From assembly GCF_001194135.2 (NCBI RefSeq), contig NC_068986.1:13501302-13565301 (forward strand): a stretch of 64,000 nucleotides of DNA, written 5' to 3'. A program made the position numbers and the translations under genes. Below the pieces are notes generated by a model that was not told the DNA's origin, ran no database searches, and was given only the letters and a program-made list of their open reading frames with translations. This document shows, piece by piece, positions 11,461 through 23,404 of the stretch. Position 1 is the first letter of the stretch. Each line of letters opens with the position of its first letter. This DNA is from Octopus bimaculoides (lineage: Eukaryota).

Positions 11461-11948
11461 ATTGTATTGTATTGTATTGTTCAGTTTTATTTCAAGATTT
11501 CTTGCCAATAGAGAAAGAACCGATTTCTAACCCAGATCCAAGGCTCCTTCAATGGAATTTCAACATCAACAGGATATCTTTGTTTGTATGTATGTATGTA
11601 TGTATGTATGTTTGTGTGCAGGTTTGTATGTTTTGTTCTATGTTTGTATTCTCATGCGTATAGTTACATGTCTAGACATGGTCATATATATTTAAATGTT
11701 AAACTTCTGGAAAGTTTTACAGATTTTTACAGATCCAGTGATGGATTGGATCTGTAGTCTACGAATTAGCTTTCTCCTTTCCAGTTTTGAGAAGCCTAAT
11801 TTCTCAAGATTGGTATTTAGGTAGTGTGTTACATATTCCAGGACCCCAATAATTACAGGTATAAACCTGAACTTGTAATCTGGATAAAGTAACTGCAGAT
11901 TTATCAATAGTTCAGCATAGGTGTTCTCATTTTCACTGATCTTCTGCT
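11461..11948 (-). mobile_element. R4-clade LINE C-terminus, 3' UTR and (CAATA)n tail (second subfamily)
   Basis: Encodes LINLQLLYPDYKFRFIPVIIGVL...LQIQSITGSVKICKTFQKF. 3' end reads AATAAAACTGAA(CAATA)n. Confidence 0.8.
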
Positions 11949-11994
11949 TTATGTATGTATGTATGTATGTATGTATGTATGTATGTATGTATGT

Positions 11995-12354
11995 ATGACT
12001 GTGTGGTAAGAAGTCTACTTTCCAGCCAAATGGTTCTGGGTTCAGTCCCACTGCGTGGCACCTACAATAGCCTTGGGTCGACGAAAGATTTGTGAGTGGA
12101 TATGGTAGTTAGAAACTGAAAGAAGCTCATTGTATATTTATGTATGTGTGTGCGCGTTTGTTTCCCACCATGGCTTGACAACCAGTGTTGGTGTGTTTAT
12201 GTCCTTGTAACTTAGTAGTTCAGCAAAAGAGACTGATAGAATAGGTATCTGACATAAAAAGTGTCTTGCATAAAAAGTGTCTTCTACTATAGCCTCAGGC
12301 CAACTAAAGCCTTGTGAGTGGATTTGATAGATGGAAACTGAAAGAAGCCCGTCG

Positions 12355-12402
<48 letters not shown>

Positions 12403-12612
12403 TGTATCTGTGTTTGTCTCCCCACCATCACTTGACAACCGATGTTGGTGTGTCTATGTCCCCGTAACCTAGTGGTTCGGCAAAAGAGATTGATAGAATA
12501 AGTACTAAGCTTACAAAGAATAAGTCGTGGAGTCGATTAGTTCAACTAAAGTCGGTGCTCCAGCATGGCCGCAGTCAAATGACTGAAACAAATAAAAGAA
12601 TAAAAAAATAAT
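11995..12612 (+). mobile_element. Composite SINE B-D with internal partial duplication or recombination
   Basis: B head and D start, then restart at AAGTGTCTTCTACTATAGCC (~12276) and a complete D ending GACTGAAACAAATAAAAGAA. Confidence 0.8.
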
Positions 12613-12829
12613 AAAGGAATATATAATTGTATGTATATCCATTAGTGACAGAGGCAGTATTAATACTGAGAAATAATAATTATTCTCACTTAAATGTAGA
12701 TGTTCCTATTAGAACAAACTATACTGTGGTAGTTATCATGAGAGAAACCCTCACTTGGGCTTTTGGTGCAAAATGCAGTCTTGTTTTTATCAATAGTGGA
12801 GAACTAAATTCCTTCCACCTCCAGCGCCG

Positions 12830-12884
12830 AGAGCACCAGATCACGTGATTTCGACCTTCCTTGGTCTCATCAGTGATGGACTCT
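12830..12884 (-). ncRNA. Type I hammerhead ribozyme, canonical core
   Basis: AGAG-UC-CAUCA CUGAUGA GACC-AAGGAA-GGUC GAAA UCACGUGA UC / UGGUG-CUCU. All core nucleotides present, G10.1-C11.1 pair, palindromic stem III (AUCACGUGAU), AUC cleavage triplet, and 5+4-bp stem I with a 2-nt bulge. Confidence 0.85.
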
Positions 12885-12939
12885 TAACTGCTAGAGATAG
12901 CAGCAATCCATCCTAACTGGCAATATATAGAATTACAAG

Positions 12940-13152
12940 GCAGCGAGCTGGCAGAAATGTTACCATGCTGAGCGAAATGCTTAGTGGTATTTCGTCTGAC
13001 TTTACATTCTCAGTTCAAATTCCGCTGAAGTTACCTCTGCCTTTCATCCTTTCAGGGTCGATAAATTAAGTACCAGTTGTATACTTGGGTCGCTCTAATC
13101 GACTGCCCCCCCCTCCCCAAAAATTTCGGGCTTTATGCCTAGAGTAGAAAAG
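12940..13152 (+). mobile_element. SINE A, first of a tandem pair
   Basis: Consensus match, tail type 1. Confidence 0.9.
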
Positions 13153-13166
13153 TATATGCAGATAAG

Positions 13167-13378
13167 ACGGCGAGCTGGCAGAAACGTTAACACGCCAGAC
13201 AAAATGCTTAGCAGTATTTCGTCTGTCTTTACGTTCTGAGTTCAAATTCCACCCAGGTCAACTTTGCCTTTCATCCTTTTGGGGGTTGATAAATTAAGTA
13301 CCGGTTGCATACTGGTGATGATTTAATCGACTCGCGTTCTTCCCCAATATTTCGGGCCTAGTGCCTAGAGAAGAAAAA
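13167..13378 (+). mobile_element. SINE A, second of a tandem pair
   Basis: Consensus match, tail type 1. Confidence 0.9.
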
Positions 13379-14328
13379 CATATGTAGAATAACAGTGCCA
13401 GAACACGTGTTGGTGTTGTGATCAGCCATTGAGCTTATTAAAGAATATATATAAATGACAGAGGCATATCAGTACTGAGGGGTAGTATTTATTTCTGCTT
13501 ATTGGCTTTTGGTGCAAAATGCACTCTTATTTACATGTTCAGCAGGGAAATAAATCCCATCCACCTCCAGGCCACAAAATTATGTGATTAAGTAGGACAA
13601 CATTAGCTAATGTATCTCTCTTCGCAGTTAATACTGTAGTATGTGATTTGAGGAAGGTTTAGGTATTATTTCTAGAAAACTGAACAACCACATAGAGGCA
13701 CACGGATTATATGTAATGTAATGTGATGTGCTGTAATGACAAAATATGTGGTTGTAACTACGCCTTTAGTTATTGTTGATGTTACTGTTGGTGTTGTAGT
13801 TGCTGATAGCTGTGTGCTGTTGTTGTGATTGTTGTGGCTCTTCAATATTATCCTTGTTGTTGCTGCTGCTGCTGCTGTTGTTGTTGTTGTTGTTGTTGGT
13901 CTTGTTAATAGTTCAGAAGCCAGTCTATACATGTTGTTTAGTGTATTGTACAATCCCCACCTTCTGTGATGACAATGATGACAACGACCACCACCACTAC
14001 AACACCAACAACAACAACAATCATTACAACCACCACCACCACCACCACCACCACCACCATCATCACCACTAAAAAACGACAACAATGGCTTGACCTAAAA
14101 TTCGACTAAATTAAGGTGACTATTGAAAACGTATATATGTTTGTGTGTGTAGGGGGTGTCTTTATGGCTGAGAAATAGGCAATAGCTATGAAATTACCTG
14201 AAAATTTGATATAAACCTTTGTGTGTGTGTGAGTGTGTGCGCGCACACATGTGTATATATAAGTCAATCCCCCACCCCCGTGAGTGACTTAGTGCATATA
14301 AGAGTCAGCTAATATAAATTTATTTACA

Positions 14329-14385
<57 letters not shown>

Positions 14386-14639
14386 TTACATAGCATCTCA
14401 CCAATATAATACAGATGTAAAAAATGTGTTGAAACAATTGTAGTGATTGCAAATAAGTTATGTCCTTCGTTCCATTTTATATCGTTTATCTATTTATATA
14501 ATTGCTATGGATGCTATGAAATTCCTGATGTATATTTAGTACCAGAAGTGTTTTCACTTAATGATGACATTAGGTAGCCAATAATGGTGGATGAGCTTTG
14601 CATAATACAGGGTTTTCACTTGCATCCTATTTAACTGTG

Positions 14640-15090
14640 TGTGTGTTTGTGTCAGTGCATATGTATGCATGTGTGTTGTGTGTGTATGTATGTATGTATG
14701 TACATACGTATGTATGCATGTGTATGTATGTGTGTGTGTGTGAATGCAGGTGTATGTATATATATATATGTATGTATACATGCATGCATGCATGTATGTG
14801 TATGTGTATGTATGTATGAGTGTACGTAGGTGTGTATATGTGCATGTGCATGTATGTATGTGTGTGTGTGTGTATGCAGGTTTATGTATATATGTATGTA
14901 TGTATACATGCATGCATGTATGTATGTGTATGTATGTATGAGTGTACGTAGGTGTGTATATGTGCATATGTATGTATGTATATATGTATGTATGCATGTG
15001 TGTATGTATGCATATGTGTATGTGTGTGTGTAAGTATGTGTGTGTGCATGTGTGTATGTGTGTATGTGTGTGTGTGTGTGTGTGTGTTTT
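14640..15090. repeat. Compound (TG)/(TATG) microsatellite
   Basis: Direct reading. Confidence 0.9.
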
Positions 15091-15334
15091 GATATAGAAG
15101 ACATTTGCCTAAGGTGCCACAGTGGAATTGAACCAGCAGCCATATGATTGTATGCATTTTTCTATAATATCTGCTGATCCCAGATAAAAGGGTGTAGTCT
15201 TAAGTCTATTGGTAGATCTTATAAAAGAAATACATATCAATGCATGAAGGTGAATGATGCAGCATAAATCAACACTCAATACACACACACGCTATATATA
15301 TATATATATATATATATATTTACACACACATACA

Positions 15335-15600
15335 TAGGCACAGGAGTGGCTGGATTGTAAGTAGCTTGTTTACCAGCCACATGGTTCCTGGTTCAGTCCC
15401 ACTGCGTGGCGCCTTAGGCAAGTGTCTTCTACTATAGTCTTGGGCCAACCAAAGCGTTGTGAGTGGATTTGGTAGACGGAAACTGAAAGAAGCCTGTTGT
15501 ATATATATATGTATGTGTGTGGGTGTGTATGTTTGTGTGTCTGTGTTTGTCCCCCCACCATCGCTTGACAACCAATGTTGGTGTGCTTACATCCCTGTAA
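15335..15600 (+). mobile_element. SINE B-D, 3'-truncated
   Basis: B head and D module up to CCCTGTAACT. Confidence 0.85.
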
Positions 15601-15900
15601 CTGCTAAGTTACGGGGACGCAAACACACCACCATCGGTTGTCAAGCGATGGTGGGGGTACAAACACAGACACACAAATACATACATACATACATAGACAC
15701 ACACATACATACATACATACATACATGCATATATATAGATAATGGGCTTCTTTCAGTCTCTGTCTACCAAATCCACTCGCAGGGCTTTGGTTGGCCTGAG
15801 GCTATAGTGCAAGACACCTACTCAAGACCCCACATAGTGGAACTGAACTCGGAACCATGTGGTAGGGAAGTAAGCTTATTACCACACAGCCACTCCTGCA
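15601..15900 (-). mobile_element. SINE B-D, 3'-truncated, inverted against the previous copy
   Basis: GCTAAGTTACGGGGAC...GTCAAGCGATG, (CATA)n, then B head in reverse. Confidence 0.85.
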
Positions 15901-16404
15901 CCTATATGCATTATACATACATACATACATACATATTTATATGCAAACATAATCTTACTCATTCATATTAACCTATTGACCCATTTTATATTATGCAGCA
16001 ATGTATACATGCACAAAGAGATCTGTTCATGTGTGTGTATGTGTGTATAAATAAATAAATATATGTGTAAATGTGCGTGTGTGTATGTATGCCTGTATAG
16101 AGGTGTATATATATGCATGCATGCTTCTTTGGTTGTATAAATATATACAAGTTTCAAAATGTATCCTTTTGTCAGAAGTGTGTGTAGAACATGATATATA
16201 TTTGTCATATATAAAACAAGCAAAGTTTAATGTTTATATAAACATGTTTACATGACATATGACAAGCTCACGTGTGCACACACACACACACACACACACA
16301 CGAGCGCACACTCACACATACACAGAGTTACATTTACACAGACACACATGCACTCACAAAGTTTTACACATTCAAACACACACACACTTTTACTATGTAC
16401 ACAC

Positions 16405-17215
16405 AAACATCATCGTCATCGTCGTTTAACATCCACTTTCCATGCTCCATGGGTTGGACGGTTTGACTGAGGACTGGTGAAACCAGAAGGCTGCACCAGG
16501 TTCCAATCTGATCTGGCAAAGTTTCTACATCTGGATGCCCTTCCTAACGCCAACCACTCTGAGAGTGTAGTGGGTGCTTTTATGTGCCACCGGCACAAGG
16601 GCCAGTCAAGTGGTTCTGGCAATGACCATGCTCGAATGTTGTGTTTCATGTTCCAGCGGAATATGTGCCGGTAAGGCGACGCTGGCAATGATCACACTCG
16701 AATGGTGCTTTTTACGTGCCACTGGCACAGGAGCCAATCAGCAGCCCTGGCAACAATCACGCTCGGATGGTGCTTTTAATGTTCCACTGGCACGAGTGCC
16801 AATCAAGTAATACTCTCATCGGCCACATCAGTGATTTTGATTTGTTTACACTTGCCTCAATAGGTCTTCGCAAGCAAAGTTCACTGTCCAATGAATGAGG
16901 GGTACTCATAAGTGGGCTGGTTACACCCACTGGCATGGGCCACGAGTTATGGTATCACTTGGTTTGCTGGGTCTTCTCAAGCACAGCATATTTCTAAAGG
17001 TCTCGGTCACTAGTCATTGCCTCAGTGAGGCCCAATGTTCAAAGGTTGTGCTTCCCCTCCTTATCCCAGGTCTTCCTGGGTTTACCTCTTCCACAGGTTC
17101 CCTCAATGGCCAGGGTGTGACACTTTTTCACACAGCTGTCCTCATTCATTTACAGCTGTCCTCATTTCTATTATTTCAGTGGTTTCATACGCCAGACTTT
17201 GGCCATACTAGAGCA
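16405..17215 (-). mobile_element. RTE LINE 3' fragment including decayed ORF end
   Basis: Minus strand around 16960-17105 encodes GTCGRGKPRKTWDK...LGLTEAMTSDRDL, followed by UTR repeats and the (GAT)n tail. Confidence 0.8.
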
Positions 17216-17246
17216 TGACTTTCAAGAGATCTTGTAGACCCTACCT

Positions 17247-18022
<776 letters not shown>

Positions 18023-18334
18023 CAACTGACCCTACCCCATGTTATATTGATATCTATTTCTTAAAGTGGGTCTTCGAATATCTGTTTCTTAAACTGGGTC
18101 TTCGAATTCACTTGTGCTATATTTCTAGCAAGAGCACATGACAAATCCCCTCCATGCTTTCATTTAACAGCAAATAATATTCGAGATTTTGTCTATTTGT
18201 TTTTGATTGTATTTTCTTTGTTATCTTTTTTTGTTCTTGTTGAAATATGAAAGGAATGTGACTATGATTGGCTCAGGTCAAAATTGCCAAGCACCTCATC
18301 CCAAATAATAAATAAACAAGGAATTTTAACATAT

Positions 18335-18732
18335 AGGTGCAGGCGTGGCTATGTGGTAAGAGGTTTGCTTCCTAACCACATGGTTCCAGGCTCAATTCCA
18401 CTGTGTGGCACTTTGGGCAAGTGTCTTCTACTATAGCGTCAGGCTGACTAAAGCCTTGTGAGTGGATTTGGTAGATGGAAACTGAAAGAAGCCTGTTGTA
18501 CATATGTGTGTGTGTGTGTGTGTGTGTATGTTCGTGTGTCTGTGTTTGTCCCCCCACCATCACTTAAGGTTGATGTGTTTACGCTCTAGCTGTAACTTAG
18601 CAGTTTGGCATAAGAGACTGATACAATAAGTCCTAGGCTTACAAAGAATAAGTCCTGGGGTCGATTCATTTGACTAAAGGTGGTGCTCCAGCACGGTCGC
18701 AGTCAAATGACTGAAACAAGTAAAAGAGCAAA
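18335..18732 (+). mobile_element. Composite SINE B-D, full length
   Basis: Consensus match. Confidence 0.9.
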
Positions 18733-19116
18733 AAGCATATAGCTGCAGGGCGTCATATTTTTGTGAAGGAGCAGTCAGTTTAGTTGGGCCTTCACTTGCC
18801 CCCAATACTTCTCAGATGTTTTGGAGAAGGAGCAGACAGCTTATTCAAACCCTTACCTCCCCCACTACTGGTACTTGTCTTTTTATCAATTCTGGCTGAA
18901 TGAAAACCACAAAGCTGGTTGTCCCCAATTAAGTGGACTCAGATTCAATCCCTTGCATGCCACACAGGACAAGTGTCTTCTTCTACAGCCTCAGGCCAAC
19001 CAAAGCCTTGTGAGTTAATTTGGTTGATGGAAACTGAAAGAAGACCATCATCATCATCATCATCTTTGTCATCATCGTCGCTTAACATTCTTTTCTATTC
19101 TGGTATGGGTTGAATA

Positions 19117-19915
19117 GTGAAGGCATGTGGTTCAATGGTTAGGAGTGTTTGGCTCACGATCATAAGGTCGGGAGTTCGGTTCCTTGAGCAAGACACTTTA
19201 TTTCACATTAGAAGACTTATCAAGCCAAGGAATCATAGTTGTGGCCGATGCCTGTGTCACATAACTGGCACCTGTGCCAGTGGCGTGTAAAGAGCACCCA
19301 TTACACTCTTGGAGTGGTTGGCATTAGGAAGGGCGTCCAGTTGTAGAAATCATGCCAAATCAGACTGGAACTTGGTGCAGCTCTCTGGCTTACCAGTTTC
19401 AGTCAAACCATCCAATCCATGTCAGCATGGAAAGCAGAGAATAAATGATGATGATGATGATGCTGTCACAGTCCACTCAGCTGGCAAAAATGAGTAGTAC
19501 CTGTAATTCAAAGGGGCAAGTCTTGTCATATTCTGTGTCATGCTGAATCTCCCTGAGAATTACAATGAAGGTACATATGTCTGTGGAGTGCTCAGCCACT
19601 TGCATGTTAATTTCACAAGCAAGANNNNNNNNNNNNNNNNNNNNNNNNNNNNNNNNNNNNNNNNNNNNNNNNNNNNNNNNNNNNNNNNNNNNNNNNNNNN
19701 NNNNNNNNNNNNNNNNNNNNNNNNNNNNNNNNNNNNNNNNNNNNNNNNNNNNNNNNNNNNNNNNNNNNNNNNNNNNNNNNNCTGAATCTCCCTGAGAATT
19801 ACAATGAAGGTACATATGTCTGTGGAGTGCTCAGCCACTTGCATGTTAATTTCACAAGCAAGATGTTCCATTGATTGCGTTAACTGGAATACTTATCATT
19901 GTAACCAATGGAATG
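19117..19915 (+). mobile_element. SINE E interrupted by an RTE tail (and a gap)
   Basis: Head to CAAGACACTTTATTTCAC (~19207), resumes GTCCACTCAGCTGG at ~19471. Confidence 0.75.
19212..19462 (+). mobile_element. RTE LINE 3' end nested in SINE E
   Basis: GGAGTGGTTGGCATTAGGAAGGG...(GAT)n. Confidence 0.8.
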
Positions 19916-20134
19916 CCAGTTATGGATTGGATGGCATGCCCTAGTGTGGCATGCTCCATCATGGCAACAGTCTAATGATTGAAACAATTAAAAGGTAAAA
20001 AATAAAAGATAAATTTGAATTGGCTACAGTTTGTTTCCAAAACTTTGTGGGATCAAATGCCTTATGGTATTAATGTCCTTTCATTGTTCTGACTGAGATC
20101 AAATCATGCTGATGTTCTACTTTCCATCTTCGCT

Positions 20135-20660
20135 ATGCTGGTGCCACATAAAAAGCACCTGTGCTGGTGCCATGTAAAATGCACCTGTACTGGTGTTACA
20201 TAAAGAATACCTGTGCTGGTGCCGCATAAAAAGCACCTGTGCCAGTCTCACATAAAAAGCACCTGTGCTGGTGCCACATGAAAAGTACCTGTGTTGGTGC
20301 CACATAAAAAGCACTGTCAGAAAGCACCTGTGCTGGTCTCGCATAAAAAGCCCCTGTGCTGGTGCCACGTAAAAGGTATCTGTTCTGGTGCCACATAAAA
20401 AGCACTGTCAGAAGGCACCTGTGCTGGTCTCGCATAAAAAGCCCCTGTGCTAGTGCCATGTAAGAAACACTCATGCTGATTCCACATGAAAAGCACTGGT
20501 GCCGGTCCCACGTGAAATGCACCCAACACAATCTGTAAAGTGGTTGGCATTAGGAAGGGCATCCAGCCAGAGAAACCATGCCACAACAGAGACCTGGAAG
20601 CTGGTCCCACTCCCCAGCTCGCCAGCTTCTGTCAAACTGGATGTTAAATGATGATGATGG
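20135..20660 (+). mobile_element. RTE-type 3' UTR with ~26-bp tandem array
   Basis: About 14 units of GTGCTGGTGCCACATAAAAAGCACCT, then the conserved RTE tail. Confidence 0.8.
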
Positions 20661-21062
20661 AAAACAAATGTTAAATGATGATCTTTCCTGGGGTTGATAA
20701 AATAAGTACCAGTCATACACCAGGGGTTGATTCAATTAACTTCTTATATTTCTTGACACATATGTGGTCTTGTGTACGGCTTAGAAATCCATTTTGCAGA
20801 GAAATGTTACGAGTATAAGTTGATTTTAAATATTTATACCTCTTGTTATCTCCTTCAAAGACTGAACCTTAATTAAATTAATCCAGGCAGGTATATACAT
20901 GAATCCACCTCTGTCTAAAAGTTATATGCAGGAATTTACCTGCATATACTTGAGAGATAATCAAAGTGACACACAGACACATGTCCACTTTACACCACCT
21001 CCCACCCTAACCCTCACTATTTATCAATCTGCTGTGTGTCCCTCAACCTCTAGGTTCACCTA

Positions 21063-21100
<38 letters not shown>

Positions 21101-21399
21101 GATTAACAGTATTATTATTATAAGAGGTTTCAGTCTCTGCCAGGGGTCTTATTAAAATGGTTGTAAGCTGGCAGAATCGATGCTGCATCAGACAAAATGT
21201 TTAGTGGCATTTCTTTTGGTTCTTTACGTTCTGAGATCAAATTCTGCTGGGGTTGCTTTTGTCTGTGACTCGTTTTCGGTTTAATAAAATTAGTACCAGT
21301 TGAGGTTTGGAGTCAATATAATCAGGTACCCCATCTCTAAAATTGTTGACCTTGGGCCCAAAATGAAAAAGAGTTATTATTATCATTTTAGATAAGTCT

Positions 21400-21608
21400 G
21401 TGAGCTGGTTGAATTGTTAGTACGCCGGGCGAAATGCTTACCGGTATTTCAGCTGTCTTTATGTTCTGAGTTCAAATTCTGCCAAAGTCGACTTTGCCTT
21501 TCATCCTTTCGGCTTCGATAAATTTAGTACCAGTTGTGTATTGAGGTTGATCTAATTGACTGGCCCCTTTCCACCCAAATTTCAGGCCTTGTGGCTATAG
21601 TAGAAGGA
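21400..21608 (+). mobile_element. SINE A (an older copy lies at ~21160-21365)
   Basis: Consensus match. Confidence 0.85.
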
Positions 21609-21611
21609 TTA

Positions 21612-22020
21612 TTATCATATGTTTGACTTTTGCTTTGTATTTGTACATGTTGGCTCCAAGTCTCACCCATAGACCTCAGGAGATAACGTGTTAGAAGCTC
21701 ATATTGGTGTTATGCCTAGGGTGTCATATATTTGGTTTTGCACATAATATTGTTCTAGAGAATGTTTAAGAAAACATAAGAAAATTATGAGTTTGTTTCG
21801 AAATTTGAGATTACATAGACAGTATTTTACATAGGATATGGGCAGTTCCCATGAGCACTATCTTTTGAATTTCCGGCATTTTGGGGTTTCCCGGTATCTG
21901 AGCTAGGTCGGAATCAGCCCCTTTTACTATCATTCCTCGGGCATTGTTTTAGTCTTGAGGTTCCACAGGTATTGTTTCAGTCTTGAGGCTCCACATTTTG
22001 CCAATTTCTATTTCAAGATC
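21612..22020 (-). mobile_element. Dong-like R4-clade LINE 3' end in a (TAA)n tract
   Basis: Encodes DLEIEIGKMWSLKTETIP...QIPGNPKMPEIQKIVLMGTAHILCKILSM*. Both junctions abut TAA repeats on the element strand. Confidence 0.8.
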
Positions 22021-22049
22021 TTTATTATTATTATTATTAAGATTATTAA

Positions 22050-22140
22050 AGCAGTGAGCTGGCAGAATTGTTAGCATGCTAGGCGAAATGTTTCGCGGTA
22101 TTTTGCCCATCTTTACGTTCTGAGTTTGAATTCCACCAAG
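22050..22140 (+). mobile_element. SINE A head, ends just after the B-box
   Basis: GCAGTGAGCTGGCAGAATTG...GAGTTTGAATTCCACCAAG. Confidence 0.8.
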
Positions 22141-22452
22141 GAATCAGTGGAACGGCCGGCAAGGGCGAATGGAGTGCGGTGGTATGGGCATGTGTTGAGG
22201 AGGGATGAGAGGCATGTTCTGAGGAGGGTGCTAGAGTTTGAGGTAAATGGATCGAGAAAGTGAGGTAGACTGAGGAAAATGTGGAGGGGACAGGTGGAGG
22301 AGGAGATTGGAAAGGTTGGTTTGAGAAGGAAGGGCGCCCAAAGCCAGGCAAGATGGTGAGATGGTGTAAGAGTGGTTGCTATGGCATTGAGGTAGATCCG
22401 GGCCATCCTCGTTAATGGGGACAAAGCACCGGATTCAAAATGATGGATGGCT
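22141..22452 (+). mobile_element. RTE/RTEX-like LINE ORF C-terminus (a second family)
   Basis: Frame from 22141: ESVERPARANGVRWYGHVLRRDERHVLRRVLEFEVNGSRK*GRLRKMW..., the WYGHV/RGRP-type RTE C-terminal signature with nonsense changes. Confidence 0.8.
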
Positions 22453-22963
22453 AGATTGGGTTTCATTACAAACACAGTAGAAAATCAGATAAAAAACTGT
22501 ATTTAACTCGCATATCTTCCTACTTTGGGTTCAATTCCTACTAAAGTTGACTGTAGATGTCCCTCTCTAGAGAAACCATAGAGTTACGGTCTTTTATACC
22601 CATTCCCACAAAATTTGTGCCTTTGAGAATGTGACACAAAAGGAGTCTTTTTGTTAACTTTTTGTAGCTAAGAACATCATTATTATGATTTTCACTTTGT
22701 GAATTTAACCATTTCCCCCTCCCCCCTATTTTTTGGTAATTTCTTGTTTGGGTTACTCTGTCATCATCATCATCACCATCACCATCGTCATCATCTTTTA
22801 CATTCGTTCTTTTTGTTTCTTTTGTTTTCCCTGTCTTTCCCTCTTATATTTACATTGTTATTGTTATATCATTAATTCTCTTACGGCCGTTTCATCACCT
22901 CTGTTGCTCCACTTCCTCCACCTACCTCCTCTGCCACCTCCTCTCCATCTACTTTCCTCTCTC

Positions 22964-22994
<31 letters not shown>

Positions 22995-23049
22995 GCTTAC
23001 CTCATACTCTCTTACTGTTCACTATGCCCATTCAGTAGATTTTTAAAAA

Positions 23050-23300
23050 AACTCTCTCTCTCTTTCTCTCTTCATCTCTCTCCTCCTCTCTCCTTCTTTC
23101 TTCTCCCTCTCTCTCTCCATCTCCCTCCTCTTCTCTCCTTTCTTCTCTCTACCTTCATCTCTCTCCTCCCCTCTCCTCCTCTCTCCTTCTTTCGTCTCCT
23201 TCTCTCTCTCTCTCTCTCTCTTTCTCTCCTTCTCACTCATTCTCTCTCTCTGTCTAGTTATCTGTTTTACTTATTTCTTTTTTTTCTTTTATCTTTGCAG
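23050..23300 (+). promoter_or_regulatory. Long polypyrimidine tract and splice acceptor
   Basis: About 250-bp CT tract ending TTTTATCTTTGCAG at 23300. Confidence 0.55.
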
Positions 23301-23404
23301 GATGAACTGGATTACTGCAGATTAACGATAATCTCAATAATTGGCTTGGCAATTATTATTTTTTTTTAACTACCTTTTTTTTTTTCTTCCTATCTGCGGA
23401 AAAG

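Larger units (their letters stand above)
12642..13595 (-). mobile_element. Hammerhead-bearing tandem repeat (non-LTR retrozyme-like or Penelope pLTR dimer) interrupted by SINE A
   Basis: Direct repeats 12642-12850 and 13457-13590 share GACAGAGGCA, GGCTTTTGGTGCAAAATGCA and CCACCTCCAG. One unit has an intact hammerhead. Confidence 0.6.

Noticed and set aside
14554-15157. His/Thr/Tyr or Cys/Val/Met-rich ORFs (also 47086-48042, 48900-49280, 53947-54723)
   Set aside because: Translations of simple repeats
19542-19864. Exact duplication across a gap
   Set aside because: Contig-end overlap artefact
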